A stretch of DNA of 64,000 nucleotides from Candidatus Bathyarchaeota archaeon (GTDB taxonomy: Archaea > Thermoproteota > Bathyarchaeia > Bathyarchaeales > Bathycorpusculaceae). Positions 1 through 11,291 of the stretch are shown here, piece by piece; the stretch's first letter is position 1; every line of letters starts with the position of its first letter. Below the pieces are notes generated by a model. It saw nothing but the letters and a program-made list of their open reading frames with translations. It had not been told where the DNA came from and did not search any database. The position numbers and the translations under genes were made by a program. The stretch covers positions 1,184,001 to 1,248,000 of the forward strand of contig CAWGYA010000008.1 in the NCBI GenBank assembly GCA_963826715.1. Direction: 5' to 3'.

Positions 1-13
1 GTGAAGATAGGGT

Positions 14-1153
14 TTGAAGGTTTGTTTTATTTCTTCCTATCCACCCAACAGGGCTCGCCTAAGCGAGTATGCCCAGAGTTTAGTCGTTGCGATAACAAGT
101 CAACCTGAAGTAGACCTGTTTTATGTTTTAGCTGATGAAAGTCCTCTTCCCAAAATTGGAGATTCTCAAAATTTTAAGATGTGCGTTGAGAGAATCTGGA
201 AAGCCGACGGAATCTTTTCGCTTTTTAAGCTAATGTATCGTATAATAAAATTAAAACCTAACATCGTACACTTTAATGTGTCCTATCAAAGTTTCGGGAA
301 ATCAAAGCTTACGAATATATTTGGATTATCTCTGATTCTTTTATGCCGTCTCTTTGGTTTCAAAGTTATTGCTGCGATACACACATTGGGTGATAAGGCT
401 GATCTGAAGCAATATAATGTTAAACCCACCTTAATCAACAAAGTCGGAATATTGGTCGCAACCAAAATTGTTCTATCCGCCCAACGTGTTGTTGTGCTGG
501 TGAAAACTTATAGCGACTACCTAAAAAAACGCTATACCCACAAAGGTGTCCTTTACATCCCTCATGGTGCTTCAGTAGACGTTAACAGCTCGTTAGATTC
601 AGCGGAAAACGCCATCCTTCTCTTTGGACATATGGGTCCACATAAAGGATTACCTGTTATGCTTCAAGCTTTAGAAAAAATCCATCTCAAAGACAAGGAC
701 GTTAAACTTATTGTAGCAGGCACAGACCATCCTAACTACCCGCAATATCTTGACCACTTCATAAGTGCCAATATCCCCAACGTTGAATTCACCGGCTACG
801 TTCCAACTGAAAGATTGGTATCTGTTTTTAGGCGTGCTAAAGTTGTGGTTTTGCCTTATCATGCAGCGCCTGGGACCAGTGGCGTTTTCCATTTGGCTTG
901 TGGCTTCGGTCGCCCTGTCGTGGCTTCTGATCTGCCTGAAATAAAGGAGATAGTAGACGATGGTGCATCTGCGATTCTGGTTCCTCCCGGTAACATTGAT
1001 GAGTTAACAAATGCAATTTTGAGAGTTTTAAGTGATCATGACCTCTCGGTGAAAATGAGTAGACAGAACTTGTTATTTGCTCAAAAGGAAAGCTGGAATG
1101 TAGTTTCAAAAGAATATGTAGCTACCTATCTCTCTCTTTTAAGAAAAGACTAA
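14..1153 (+). CDS. Glycosyltransferase family 4 (GT-B fold)
   Basis: SSYPP N-terminus, HKGLP, PYH..GTSGV and GRPVVASDLPEIKE motifs of GT4. Confidence 0.85.
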   Translation: MKVCFISSYPPNRARLSEYAQSLVVAITSQPEVDLFYVLADESPLPKIGDSQNFKMCVERIWKADGIFSLFKLMYRIIKLKPNIVHFNVSYQSFGKSKLTNIFGLSLILLCRLFGFKVIAAIHTLGDKADLKQYNVKPTLINKVGILVATKIVLSAQRVVVLVKTYSDYLKKRYTHKGVLYIPHGASVDVNSSLDSAENAILLFGHMGPHKGLPVMLQALEKIHLKDKDVKLIVAGTDHPNYPQYLDHFISANIPNVEFTGYVPTERLVSVFRRAKVVVLPYHAAPGTSGVFHLACGFGRPVVASDLPEIKEIVDDGASAILVPPGNIDELTNAILRVLSDHDLSVKMSRQNLLFAQKESWNVVSKEYVATYLSLLRKD

Positions 1154-1236
1154 TGCTGATTTTGGTTTACCCCACCCGATGTAATTCCTTGTTTTTTTAG
1201 GAAATCTTTAAGCGTTTAGGTTATATTTTAGCCTCT

Positions 1237-2733
1237 TTGATGCTCCGAAAATATCTGTTTCCGCTACTTGCTTTCGTAGTTCCTTTTCTGGTTAGGTTAA
1301 TTCCTGAAGTATTGATGGGACCCTATCTTGTAGGCTTCGATACTTTAGCACATTATTTACCGACAACACTTTTCTGGACTCAGGGTAGTATAACGCCTGA
1401 GAGTTTCATAGCTACCGCACCTTTGCTTTACGTATTCACAACAGGGTTAAGTTATGCCTTTGGCTCTGTGACTCTCGCGTTAAAAGTGATAGCGCCGCTA
1501 TTACTTGGATTTTTGAGTTTATCCATATTTATATTTGCTCGGCGAGCACTTGGGTGGTCTCAACTCAAAAGTATTGCCCCTGCTCTTGTTGGAACACTAT
1601 ATTTTGTTGCATTGAGAATTTCATGGGATGCTTTTCGTGAAGAGGTTGCCTTGATTTTCTTTTTCCTCGCACTCACCCTGCTTGTCCAAGCCTCAACCAA
1701 GTTCTCTTGGAAAAATCTTTTACTTTTTTCTTTGGCGCTGGTTGCGGTTGTTATGTCCAATCAGGTGGTGGCAGTTCTTGCCCTGTCTGTAGTGCTTTTC
1801 AGTCTGGTCTACATTTTTCTTCACGGCAGTCATCGTAACTCCGCTACTTTGGCAATGTTTATGTTGCCTTCAATCCTAATTTTTCTAGTCGCTTTCTTTC
1901 TTATCCCCTCTGTACCTGAGTACCGTTTGATTTTTGGGTTCCCCAGTACCCCCGACGGTTGGTTGACGCTGTTTGGCTACTCTTCCTATCCCAATATGCT
2001 TGGTAGCGAATTCATTTTTCTGTTGTTCTGTTTCGTTCCGCTTTTACCCCTAGCTGTTCTAAGCATTCGTCGTATCAAAAATTTCCAGCTGCAAATTTGG
2101 GGGATTCTGGTTTTGGTTGCCGCTTTTATTCCTATGGTTAGCCCCAGCAACCTGCGTTTGCTTATGCTTCTTGTTTATCCGTTATCCTTCTACGCAATTG
2201 AAGCATTGAGTATGCTTAATTCCATGAAGTGGCGACGTTTTAGAGTCAGTGTAATGAGGGCTGGTTTGGTTTACCTATTGTCGGTTACGGCGGTTTTTAG
2301 TTTAGGGTTTATGGTTTTTCCGGCAGAGAATCCATTTCCATATTTTGCATCAGGTAGTGGACTTAACAGTCACATCTACCAGCTTCCATCATCGATGCTT
2401 CAAAATACTGTTTCCTTAGCCGACTGTCCCGATACTGCTAACGCTATTGAGTGGTTAAAGATACAAATGGGCGAAGGGGATGTTTTGTTAACGCATAGAG
2501 CTTTTTATGGATGGGCACTTACAGAGTTAAAACCTGGGCAGGTTTACCTATACGAATACGATAACCCTGCTGATGTAGCAACTAATGTAGTAAACTTGCA
2601 TAGTGGCAAGGTTTACCTGATTTGGTGGGTGCCCAATCAGGGGTGGTATGGTTTGCCATCATTGCCCTCTGTATTCACCCAAGTCTACAATAGCGGCAAC
2701 ATTGCGGTTTACACCTATACACAAACCCAATAG
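1237..2733 (+). CDS. Polytopic membrane protein, possibly a GT-C-like glycosylation component
   Basis: About 12 hydrophobic segments, GFDT..HY in the first loop, soluble C-terminal domain, adjacent to GT4. Confidence 0.5.
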   Translation: MMLRKYLFPLLAFVVPFLVRLIPEVLMGPYLVGFDTLAHYLPTTLFWTQGSITPESFIATAPLLYVFTTGLSYAFGSVTLALKVIAPLLLGFLSLSIFIFARRALGWSQLKSIAPALVGTLYFVALRISWDAFREEVALIFFFLALTLLVQASTKFSWKNLLLFSLALVAVVMSNQVVAVLALSVVLFSLVYIFLHGSHRNSATLAMFMLPSILIFLVAFFLIPSVPEYRLIFGFPSTPDGWLTLFGYSSYPNMLGSEFIFLLFCFVPLLPLAVLSIRRIKNFQLQIWGILVLVAAFIPMVSPSNLRLLMLLVYPLSFYAIEALSMLNSMKWRRFRVSVMRAGLVYLLSVTAVFSLGFMVFPAENPFPYFASGSGLNSHIYQLPSSMLQNTVSLADCPDTANAIEWLKIQMGEGDVLLTHRAFYGWALTELKPGQVYLYEYDNPADVATNVVNLHSGKVYLIWWVPNQGWYGLPSLPSVFTQVYNSGNIAVYTYTQTQ

Positions 2734-3182
2734 CGCAATAGACTGATTTCGTTTTATTTTTTTGGTTCACAAATTCTTCCGCCAAGTTGCTATTTGAGAT
2801 CCAATGTCTGCATTTTAGTTAAAATATTGTTAATTAGATCTATTTTTAAGGTTAAAATTTTCTGTTCTATCTTCAGGTGTTGATACAAAACCCAAATTTT
2901 TACGATAAACCAACTTTAATGAAACTCTTAGTGAAGGTTCCGTTTAACGTCCAATTGCGCGGGCGAGTCAGATTTTGAGAAGTAAATGATGAAATTCTGG
3001 TGATTTACTTGTTGATTTAGGGCAGCTTAAAATCAAAACTTAGCCATTAAAAAACAGCTTTATTGCGAAGACAGCGTGTAAATAATTCGGAATTAGCGTA
3101 GATTGGTCCCTATTTTTGTTTCCAATAGAACCACAAAATATGTTTTATGCATCCGATAGGATGTGGCATTGTTTATGGTTGT

Positions 3183-3202
3183 AGAAAAGAAATCTTTATA
3201 TC
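3183..3202 (+). promoter_or_regulatory. BRE/TATA promoter of the 16S transcript
   Basis: Purine-rich AGAAAAGAAA followed by TTTATA (3195-3200), ~25 nt upstream of the 5' strand of the pre-rRNA closing helix (3226). Confidence 0.6.
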
Positions 3203-3374
3203 TACTGAGGTTACTTCTGTAAGAATTCAGCTACAATTGCTAGCCCCGCAATTTCACATGGCGGCGGCTCAACCCGTACCGAAACGGCGATTGCCTTGCA
3301 GGAATGATGGTGTTGGCCTCCAGTTGCGGGGACATAAATGTAGACCTGACTAATTGCTCAGTTAGGTCTGAATT

Positions 3375-3423
3375 GGGCTTTGACGTATAGAGTGGAATGT
3401 TTCTCCCTCCAAATCCAGTTAAG
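3375..3423 (+). other. 5' strand of pre-16S processing stem with bulge-helix-bulge
   Basis: TCTCC-CTCC-[AAA]-TCCAGTTAAG (3402-3423) pairs with CTTAACTGGA-GGAG-[CAA]-GGAGA (5019-5040); 3375-3391 pairs perfectly with 5051-5067. Confidence 0.9.
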
Positions 3424-3507
3424 TAACTGAATGCGAGAGAAAAGAAAGTGTCAAATATTCGTACCACACAAAAAACATATTATCCGACAAATCAGCAAGG
3501 AGTGCAT

Positions 3508-4999
<1,492 letters not shown>

Positions 5000-5018
5000 A
5001 AGTAAACAGCATTCGCTG

Positions 5019-5091
5019 CTTAACTGGAGGAGCAAGGAGAGCATTTAAGGTCTATACGTCAAAGCCCTAAGATAGCAACACTGTAGCTGAA
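5019..5091 (+). other. 3' strand of pre-16S processing stem (BHB) and terminal helix
   Basis: Complementary to 3375-3423; TGTAGCTGAA (5082-5091) pairs with TTCAGCTACA (3226-3235). Confidence 0.85.
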
Positions 5092-5371
5092 GAGCAATAT
5101 TGAGTTTCAATTTATTTTTTATTTCTCCAATACTCATTGTAGTTTAAAACATCAAGTTCAATCTTTATTATTTCGTATTTGATTTTGTAAATGTATTTTA
5201 CAATTTTCACTTTTCAATGGAAAAAGATTGGTTAAAAATATTTTTTTCAAAGAAACGGTTTACAATATTATATGTAAAGGTTGTTTTAATGGCATAATTC
5301 AAAATCAATTTTGGGCAGTTTAACGGTATGGTAGATCGTCGCTAAGCATGTTATCTGCATAATCAACTCAA

Positions 5372-5875
5372 TTATTCACTTAATGTTTTTATATATTCCC
5401 AGATTTTATCGCCTACGTAATGGAGGGTCTTCACAACTGGACCTTTCTTGGTGTTTTTCGCATTAACTGAATCGATTAGCGCTTCACCAACTGCCAAGGT
5501 TTTACCGAATTTGACATCTGAAACCTGTACAAAGTCACCCGCGATAAAATCGCCTTCAACTCGCACAATTCCTGGAGCCATTACAGTTGCACCTTTACAC
5601 ACATAGGGGACCGCGCCCATGTCGACCACGATTTTTGGGGCTTTTGCTGTGAACTCGCTAAATCGAAGTGTTGGCAAAAGCTTATCTGCAAATTTGACCA
5701 GTAGAGGTTTTCCGTCAGCGAGGTAAATTAAGCCCACATCAGATTCCACCACTTCTACATTGGTTTTGGCGCCGTAGTGCTCCTCAAGGTTTATTCCCAA
5801 TTTTGCGTTGATTTCTTCTATGATTTGTTTTGCTTCTTTTGCTTTAAGTGGGTATCGCCGTTGTTTTGTAGGCAT
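5372..5875 (-). CDS. PUA-domain RNA-binding protein (MCT-1/Tma20-like)
   Basis: VVDMGAVPYVCKGATVMAPGI and TLHYVGD motifs. Confidence 0.9.
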   Translation of the reverse strand: MPTKQRRYPLKAKEAKQIIEEINAKLGINLEEHYGAKTNVEVVESDVGLIYLADGKPLLVKFADKLLPTLRFSEFTAKAPKIVVDMGAVPYVCKGATVMAPGIVRVEGDFIAGDFVQVSDVKFGKTLAVGEALIDSVNAKNTKKGPVVKTLHYVGDKIWEYIKTLSE

Positions 5876-5908
5876 AACATCAGCTGTTTAGGGTTCTTTT
5901 GGCAGTTA

Positions 5909-6592
5909 TTAGGTTTTTTGTTTATCAGCGGGTTTGGGTTTTCTGTGTACATATTTCTCTGCCAACTTGCCCACATCGACCTTTAGAAGGATAATGGTTA
6001 TAACTATTGTTAGGACGATGGAGATGACAATCATAGCTTCTGGACTCAACCATCCGGAAAAGAGATTGCTTGCTTCTTGTCCAATGAATGCTCCAGCAAC
6101 AGTTATTGAGAGTTTTCCGAAAAAGTAAGCTGTAAAAAACTTTGTGGGACTATACTTCATCAGACCTAGAGGAATAACAATAGGTTCATCAGGAATTGGT
6201 GTTGCTGCAGCTATGAATAGTAATGGAAAAGCCCACTTCCTTACTTTTGCTGCATCAGAGTCAAGCCGCATTCTTCGTTTCTCGCTTAGGTGACCACTGA
6301 CGAAGAAAGTTATCATATAGTGGACACCTTTTGCAAGGGCTGATGCTATAGCAACTATTAATCCAATAAAGAAGAGAATAGCTGGGTCTGAATTTACAAA
6401 TGCTATTGCAAACGTTGAAGCAATAAGAAGGTTCGAGGGCCCAGCAAAGGGTATGAGGTTAAACCCGAAAGCAGTAAAGAATAGCAATATGTAGGGGTTC
6501 TTAAAATTGATGTAAAGAAACACTGATAGAAACAGAAGAATCACAAGTATTACTGAAAGGATGGCATAGTTTCTATCGATTTTATATTTCAC
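5909..6592 (-). CDS. DedA/VTT-family membrane protein
   Basis: Hydrophobic profile; AATPIPDE...PLGLMKY...F..GK motif. Confidence 0.75.
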   Translation of the reverse strand: MKYKIDRNYAILSVILVILLFLSVFLYINFKNPYILLFFTAFGFNLIPFAGPSNLLIASTFAIAFVNSDPAILFFIGLIVAIASALAKGVHYMITFFVSGHLSEKRRMRLDSDAAKVRKWAFPLLFIAAATPIPDEPIVIPLGLMKYSPTKFFTAYFFGKLSITVAGAFIGQEASNLFSGWLSPEAMIVISIVLTIVITIILLKVDVGKLAEKYVHRKPKPADKQKT

Positions 6593-6803
6593 CGTTTTTG
6601 CCTCAAGGAATCCCGTTTATTCAAGTTTATTTACCCCAAACTTACCCTCTTTCAAACTTATATATTCAAGCATTCTTCAGAATTAAATTCTTTAAGAGTC
6701 CAATGCCCATCCATTGTCCCCCTAATCTACGCCGCGAGGTTAGATAGGTTTAAATGTTGAGACTTCAAGTATAGAAGACATAAAGATACAAGAGGATTCC
6801 AAT

Positions 6804-7031
6804 ATGAGCGAAATGACAACCGAAATCCTTGAACAGAACTTAAGCAAAATTGTGCTGGTTCGCTTAAAAGGCGGCAAAAGCCTCAGAGGCAGACTAAAGG
6901 GTTTCGACCAACACCTAAACCTGGTTCTTGAAGAAACAGAAGACACAACTGTCGTTGAAAATCAAAAGAAGTTAGGGCTAATTATCGTGCGAGGAGACAA
7001 CGTAGTCCTTATTTCACCTCCACCACGGTGA
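6804..7031 (+). CDS. Sm-like archaeal protein (SmAP1/LSm)
   Basis: Sm1 GRLKGFDQHLNLVL and Sm2 IVRGDNV; canonical linkage to L37e. Confidence 0.95.
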   Translation: MSEMTTEILEQNLSKIVLVRLKGGKSLRGRLKGFDQHLNLVLEETEDTTVVENQKKLGLIIVRGDNVVLISPPPR

Positions 7032-7036
7032 TTTAG

Positions 7037-7225
7037 ATGGGTAAAGGCACTCCATCAATGGGCAAACGCCAGGGCAAAACAGTTCATATTATGTGTCGAC
7101 GCTGTGGCAGACGTGCATATCACGTGCGCCATCATCGCTGTGCAGCATGTGGGTTCGGCGAGCAAGCAACCATGCGCCGTTACAGTTGGCGAACCAAAAC
7201 TCTTCAACGTCAAAGAGTTTGTTAA
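7037..7225 (+). CDS. rpl37e: 50S ribosomal protein L37e
   Basis: [16 protein letters not shown]...CAACGF zinc finger. Confidence 0.97.
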   Translation: MGKGTPSMGKRQGKTVHIMCRRCGRRAYHVRHHRCAACGFGEQATMRRYSWRTKTLQRQRVC

Positions 7226-7523
7226 ACTCCCAATCTTCATCCAAAAATTATTTTCTTTTTGATTTATTCTTTACCTTTAAGCTTCAGATCTGTTTCTATC
7301 GATTCGTTTGTTATTTTTCATTAAAACAAGATCAGCATTAACTGAAGTCTTTAACAAATTTTTTTTCTAAAAAAGGCGATTCTTTGCCAAAAGGTCACCT
7401 TATCATCGATTTTTTCCACGAGCTCCCAAAATAGTTGTCTTTAAAAGATAGCTTTTCCCTGGTTTTTTTGGGTTGCAGTTTTAAGCTTTGCATAATCTTT
7501 CAATAAGGGGGGGTAAGTTCGTG

Positions 7524-8279
7524 TTAGGAAATTCCTTTGAGATATTCCACGGTAGGGGTTACGGATTTCACGGTAACTGTTGAGTTGGGTTTTATTAGGA
7601 ATTCGCTTAGTCCTATATTCGAAACTATGTTGCCCCAATCGTAAGTGTAGCCTAATCTAGTCCAGGGATACTTCATTGGGTAATAAGAGTAGATTATATT
7701 GCTGTTAAACCAGTTTTTGTAGTCCTCTGTGGCTGTGCTAGGAAAAGTCAGCTGGGCACTGGTATCGTTTATCTCGCTGTCTGGGCTAGGTCTAAAAAGT
7801 GCCTGTGGAGAAACCCAAAGCTCAACAAAATACGAGTCGCTGATGTTTGAAGGTAACCCGAGAAGCTGGGCTGCCCGGAGGGTTACATTGGAGGATGCGT
7901 CGTTTTTGAAAAAATTTTGGATTTCAGGCGAAGCAGTTACCCATGTGTACCCCCAAGTGGTAGAAATGTTTTCTCCCACAGGATAGCTGCTTTTATATTC
8001 GGTCCAAGTTACCATTAGGACGCTTGAGTTTTCACCTTCACCCATCCAGACCAGATTGCTATTATTTTCCAAAATTGGTGTTAGATTGCTGCTGATTTCG
8101 TTTTCTTTGGCGACCATTGCATCCTCAATTGCTGCATGGTAACGCTGGTCCAGGGTTGGCGGAGGCGCGAAGGCAGGCAAGATTACCATTGTAAAGAGTT
8201 CAGTTACTCCAAGTGTCGCAATAATGCCCACTACTAATAAGGCGACAATTAAGGTGCGGTCTTTGATCTGATTTTTCAT
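7524..8279 (-). CDS. Membrane-anchored exported protein of unknown function
   Basis: N-terminal TM helix; QLLGLP, LFRP and YPWTRLGYTYDW segments look conserved. Confidence 0.7.
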   Translation of the reverse strand: MKNQIKDRTLIVALLVVGIIATLGVTELFTMVILPAFAPPPTLDQRYHAAIEDAMVAKENEISSNLTPILENNSNLVWMGEGENSSVLMVTWTEYKSSYPVGENISTTWGYTWVTASPEIQNFFKNDASSNVTLRAAQLLGLPSNISDSYFVELWVSPQALFRPSPDSEINDTSAQLTFPSTATEDYKNWFNSNIIYSYYPMKYPWTRLGYTYDWGNIVSNIGLSEFLIKPNSTVTVKSVTPTVEYLKGIS

Positions 8280-8373
8280 TACTACCCCTTCAGCAGTGTT
8301 ACTAACGGTTAGTTCTTAAAGCTTATAAAAATATGTAAATTCGAAAAATGGATAGAATAGAAAAGAATGAAAT

Positions 8374-9015
8374 TTAATCGGTTGACGTGTTATAGTATCC
8401 TTTGTCGACCTTGACGAAAATAAGAGGTCCACGGCTTTGCGCCATTTCGCGTGCTTTGCGTAGAGTGTTGTTTAGAGTAGTGAATAATTTTTCTGTTTCG
8501 TTGAGGCTTTGCAAGTATTTTTCGCCCAACTCCATTTTCAACAGGTTCTCAGCAAGGATTTCTGTGCCGCATACTTCGCCATTTTTAATGAGGGTAGCGA
8601 TCACGATTTCTTGGAGTTCCTGCTTTTTCTCAATTTTGTTCCAGATGGGTTCGGCGTTGTTTATGGTTTTTGTCATCTTGTTCCATTTGTTGGCGTTCTG
8701 GTTTCCGATAAGCAACTTCACACGCTGCTTCCATTTCTTAAACCACATGTTGCACCAAACCTTTAGAAAATCATCCAATTCATCTGCGTCTTCTTTGAAT
8801 AGCACTTCTAGCCTTTCTGCTATGTCGCATTGGTTTGATTCTTTCCCAATTAGGTTCCAATGGAATTTAAGGTAGTTCGTGAAATCTTGGCAGGCTACCT
8901 GCAAAACTTTGCGGTCAGAGCCCATTATATCCAGGACCGGATCCGCATCTTTCAGTTTCTCCCCTATCATTATCTCTACGAAATTCATTATTATTCCCGC
9001 TGAAGCCTTCTCCAC
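8374..9015 (-). CDS. Hypothetical helical protein
   Basis: 213-aa ORF with normal composition; no motif recognised. Confidence 0.65.
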   Translation of the reverse strand: MEKASAGIIMNFVEIMIGEKLKDADPVLDIMGSDRKVLQVACQDFTNYLKFHWNLIGKESNQCDIAERLEVLFKEDADELDDFLKVWCNMWFKKWKQRVKLLIGNQNANKWNKMTKTINNAEPIWNKIEKKQELQEIVIATLIKNGEVCGTEILAENLLKMELGEKYLQSLNETEKLFTTLNNTLRKAREMAQSRGPLIFVKVDKGYYNTSTD

Positions 9016-9120
9016 AGTTACTAAAGATTGAGGTTTTAATTAAACTTTATTTATAAAACCCTTATAACTGCATTAGGCAAAAATCAGCAATATTTCGGGT
9101 TCTGATATAATAAAAATCGT

Positions 9121-9777
9121 CTATTCAACGTGTTCAGGAAGTGAACAGACATCTGGTAACATCAAATCTGGTTTTTCTAACGCCAACTCTTCATGTCGAT
9201 ATAGACCAGAGAGCACTGCCACCGTTTTGGCTCCAGCTGCTTTTCCCGCACGAGTGTCATTAATTGAATCTCCAGCCATTAGGCAATCCCGGATGTCTAC
9301 GTTTAGAGCTTTTACGCATTGAATTAATGCTTCAGGCGAAGGTTTCGGCTTTGCAGTGTCCAGTGCAGTTGTGATGTGGCTAAAGTACTGGGATACGCCG
9401 AAGTAGTCAAGTTCTTTTTGGATGACTTGGTTGGGAACATAGCGCATAGTGATTAGGGCAAGCTTTGATTTCTCGGCAAGCGTTTGCAGAGTGGTTGCGA
9501 CGTTAGGCAGAAGTTTGGTTTTTCTTTCTGTAAAAGATCGATATGCTTTTAAATAAATTGAGAGAAATTGTTTTGTATTGCCTTTTGTAATGTCTTCAAT
9601 GCTTAATCGTTGTTCTAGTCGTTTTGGAATTTCCAACATGATTTGGCGGCTGGGAGGTTCCTTGCCAACGGTGCAAAACGCTGCTTTTCCAGCTTCAAGG
9701 TAAGCTTCGGTGGAATCCACTAATGTGCCGTCTAAATCCAAGAATATTCCTTTAACCTTAAACTTTTGTTGCTGCAT
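9121..9777 (-). CDS. HAD-superfamily phosphatase (phosphoglycolate phosphatase-like)
   Basis: DLDGTLVDS, KPKPSPE, GDSIND. Confidence 0.9.
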   Translation of the reverse strand: MQQQKFKVKGIFLDLDGTLVDSTEAYLEAGKAAFCTVGKEPPSRQIMLEIPKRLEQRLSIEDITKGNTKQFLSIYLKAYRSFTERKTKLLPNVATTLQTLAEKSKLALITMRYVPNQVIQKELDYFGVSQYFSHITTALDTAKPKPSPEALIQCVKALNVDIRDCLMAGDSINDTRAGKAAGAKTVAVLSGLYRHEELALEKPDLMLPDVCSLPEHVE

Positions 9778-9870
9778 CGTGTTCCGCTTGTGTTGTGTGT
9801 ATTTGTTTCTTAAAGGTTTCCGGGTGGTTTAGGTTTTTGGCAAGATTTCTGTTTGCTTTATTCGCTTCTA

Positions 9871-10758
9871 TTATGCAACAACGGCTATTTTTATTGCCTC
9901 TTTAGGATGGGTGAACATCCTCAGAGGACTTTGAAAGGCACCTGCCAAACATCCACAATTGGAACAATCTGCATTCTCTCCAAAACACCTTCTTTTGTTC
10001 CATGCGACATCAAAATGCAATACCTCATCTCCCCAGTAACATGTGCCCCTATGATCAGGATATTCATACCATTTAATCATCGGATTGGATAACAGAAGGC
10101 TTCTTGGGTATAATTCCTTCACTCGTTTTATTTCTTTAATAATAGAGGCTTTCGTTTCTTTTCTCACAACCATACAGGAACTACGTTCAGTTCCGCCTGC
10201 GCATATGTTGCAGACGACGCCATTGAATCCGTTTTCTTTCGCAATTTTTGTAGCATCCTCAAGCATGTGGTAATTGTCTTTTGTTATTGTCATATTGATA
10301 ACAACCCGTTTGTCACCTGAGTAGTTTTTAATCACTCTTGAAAAAACGCCGTTTCCTCTGATTGAATCGTTTGTTTCTTGAGTTCCGTCAACTGAAACAT
10401 ATAATCTATGGTTGAATTCTTCAGGGATCTTTATGGTTCCGTTGGTAATAACATAAACAAAAGGAAATATTCTGTCAGCCAGCATAAGAACATCAATCCT
10501 TAGTGCAGGCTCACCACCTACCAAAAGGATGCTTCTAATTCCGGAATTGTAGAGTTCAGCGAACCTTTTTTCCCAAACAGGCAGGGGTACCTCTTGTGTT
10601 TCAAAAAACTCTTTACCGTTGAAATGATAGCAATGTCTGCATCTAAGATTACAGTTATCCGTAACGTCAACTTCAGCAAAATGTTTCACTCCCAAAATAA
10701 CTCTTCTTAATTCAAGCCAAAGAAGAAATAGGAAAGTAATTGTTGCAGTTCTCTTCAT
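9871..10758 (-). CDS. Radical SAM protein with C-terminal Cys cluster
   Basis: CNLRCRHC, GGEP, TNG, SVDG; C-terminal C..C...CSNCGC. Confidence 0.9.
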   Translation of the reverse strand: MKRTATITFLFLLWLELRRVILGVKHFAEVDVTDNCNLRCRHCYHFNGKEFFETQEVPLPVWEKRFAELYNSGIRSILLVGGEPALRIDVLMLADRIFPFVYVITNGTIKIPEEFNHRLYVSVDGTQETNDSIRGNGVFSRVIKNYSGDKRVVINMTITKDNYHMLEDATKIAKENGFNGVVCNICAGGTERSSCMVVRKETKASIIKEIKRVKELYPRSLLLSNPMIKWYEYPDHRGTCYWGDEVLHFDVAWNKRRCFGENADCSNCGCLAGAFQSPLRMFTHPKEAIKIAVVA

Positions 10759-10791
10759 AGCGGAATTACAAAAAACATATTAATTAAATGT

Positions 10792-11220
10792 TCAGTGGAC
10801 TTTCTCCCTTATTTTTTGGGCATCTTGCTCTAACTCTTCTATGCTTCGTTGGCTTGAGTGATCATGAAAAGCGCCGTCATGACTATTTTGATTCCATGGC
10901 TGCATAGGGATAACATGTACATGCAAATGAAAAACTACCTGCCCCGCCGCTTCTCCGTTATTCTGCACAATTCTCACCCCTTCAGCAATCGCTGCGTTTC
11001 TAACTGCAAGTGTAACTCGCTTAACAATTCGAAATAGGTAAGCTATTTCGCCTTCGGGTATCTCATAGATGTTGGCATAGTGTTTTTTGGGGACTACTAA
11101 GGTATGTCCTTTATTAACTGGACGATTACTTAGGAAAGCCAACACCGCCTCATCCTCATAAACGAAGCTTGCAGGTGTCTCCTTGCGGATTATGCTACAA
11201 AACACGCAATTTTCAGACAT
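10792..11220 (-). CDS. HIT-family nucleotide hydrolase (Hint-like)
   Basis: CVFC, GHTLVVPK, AGQVVFHLHVHVIP. Confidence 0.95.
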   Translation of the reverse strand: MSENCVFCSIIRKETPASFVYEDEAVLAFLSNRPVNKGHTLVVPKKHYANIYEIPEGEIAYLFRIVKRVTLAVRNAAIAEGVRIVQNNGEAAGQVVFHLHVHVIPMQPWNQNSHDGAFHDHSSQRSIEELEQDAQKIREKVH

Positions 11221-11291
11221 TGGCTTTCATACCTTTCAGCAGTTTTTGGTAGGGTAGAGTTTAATAGAATTCACAGGGTCAATAATACTTT

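Noticed and set aside
5000-5370. tRNA-Ala or 23S start after the 16S
   Set aside because: No cloverleaf/T-loop or 23S 5' sequence; the region is AT-rich and terminator-like
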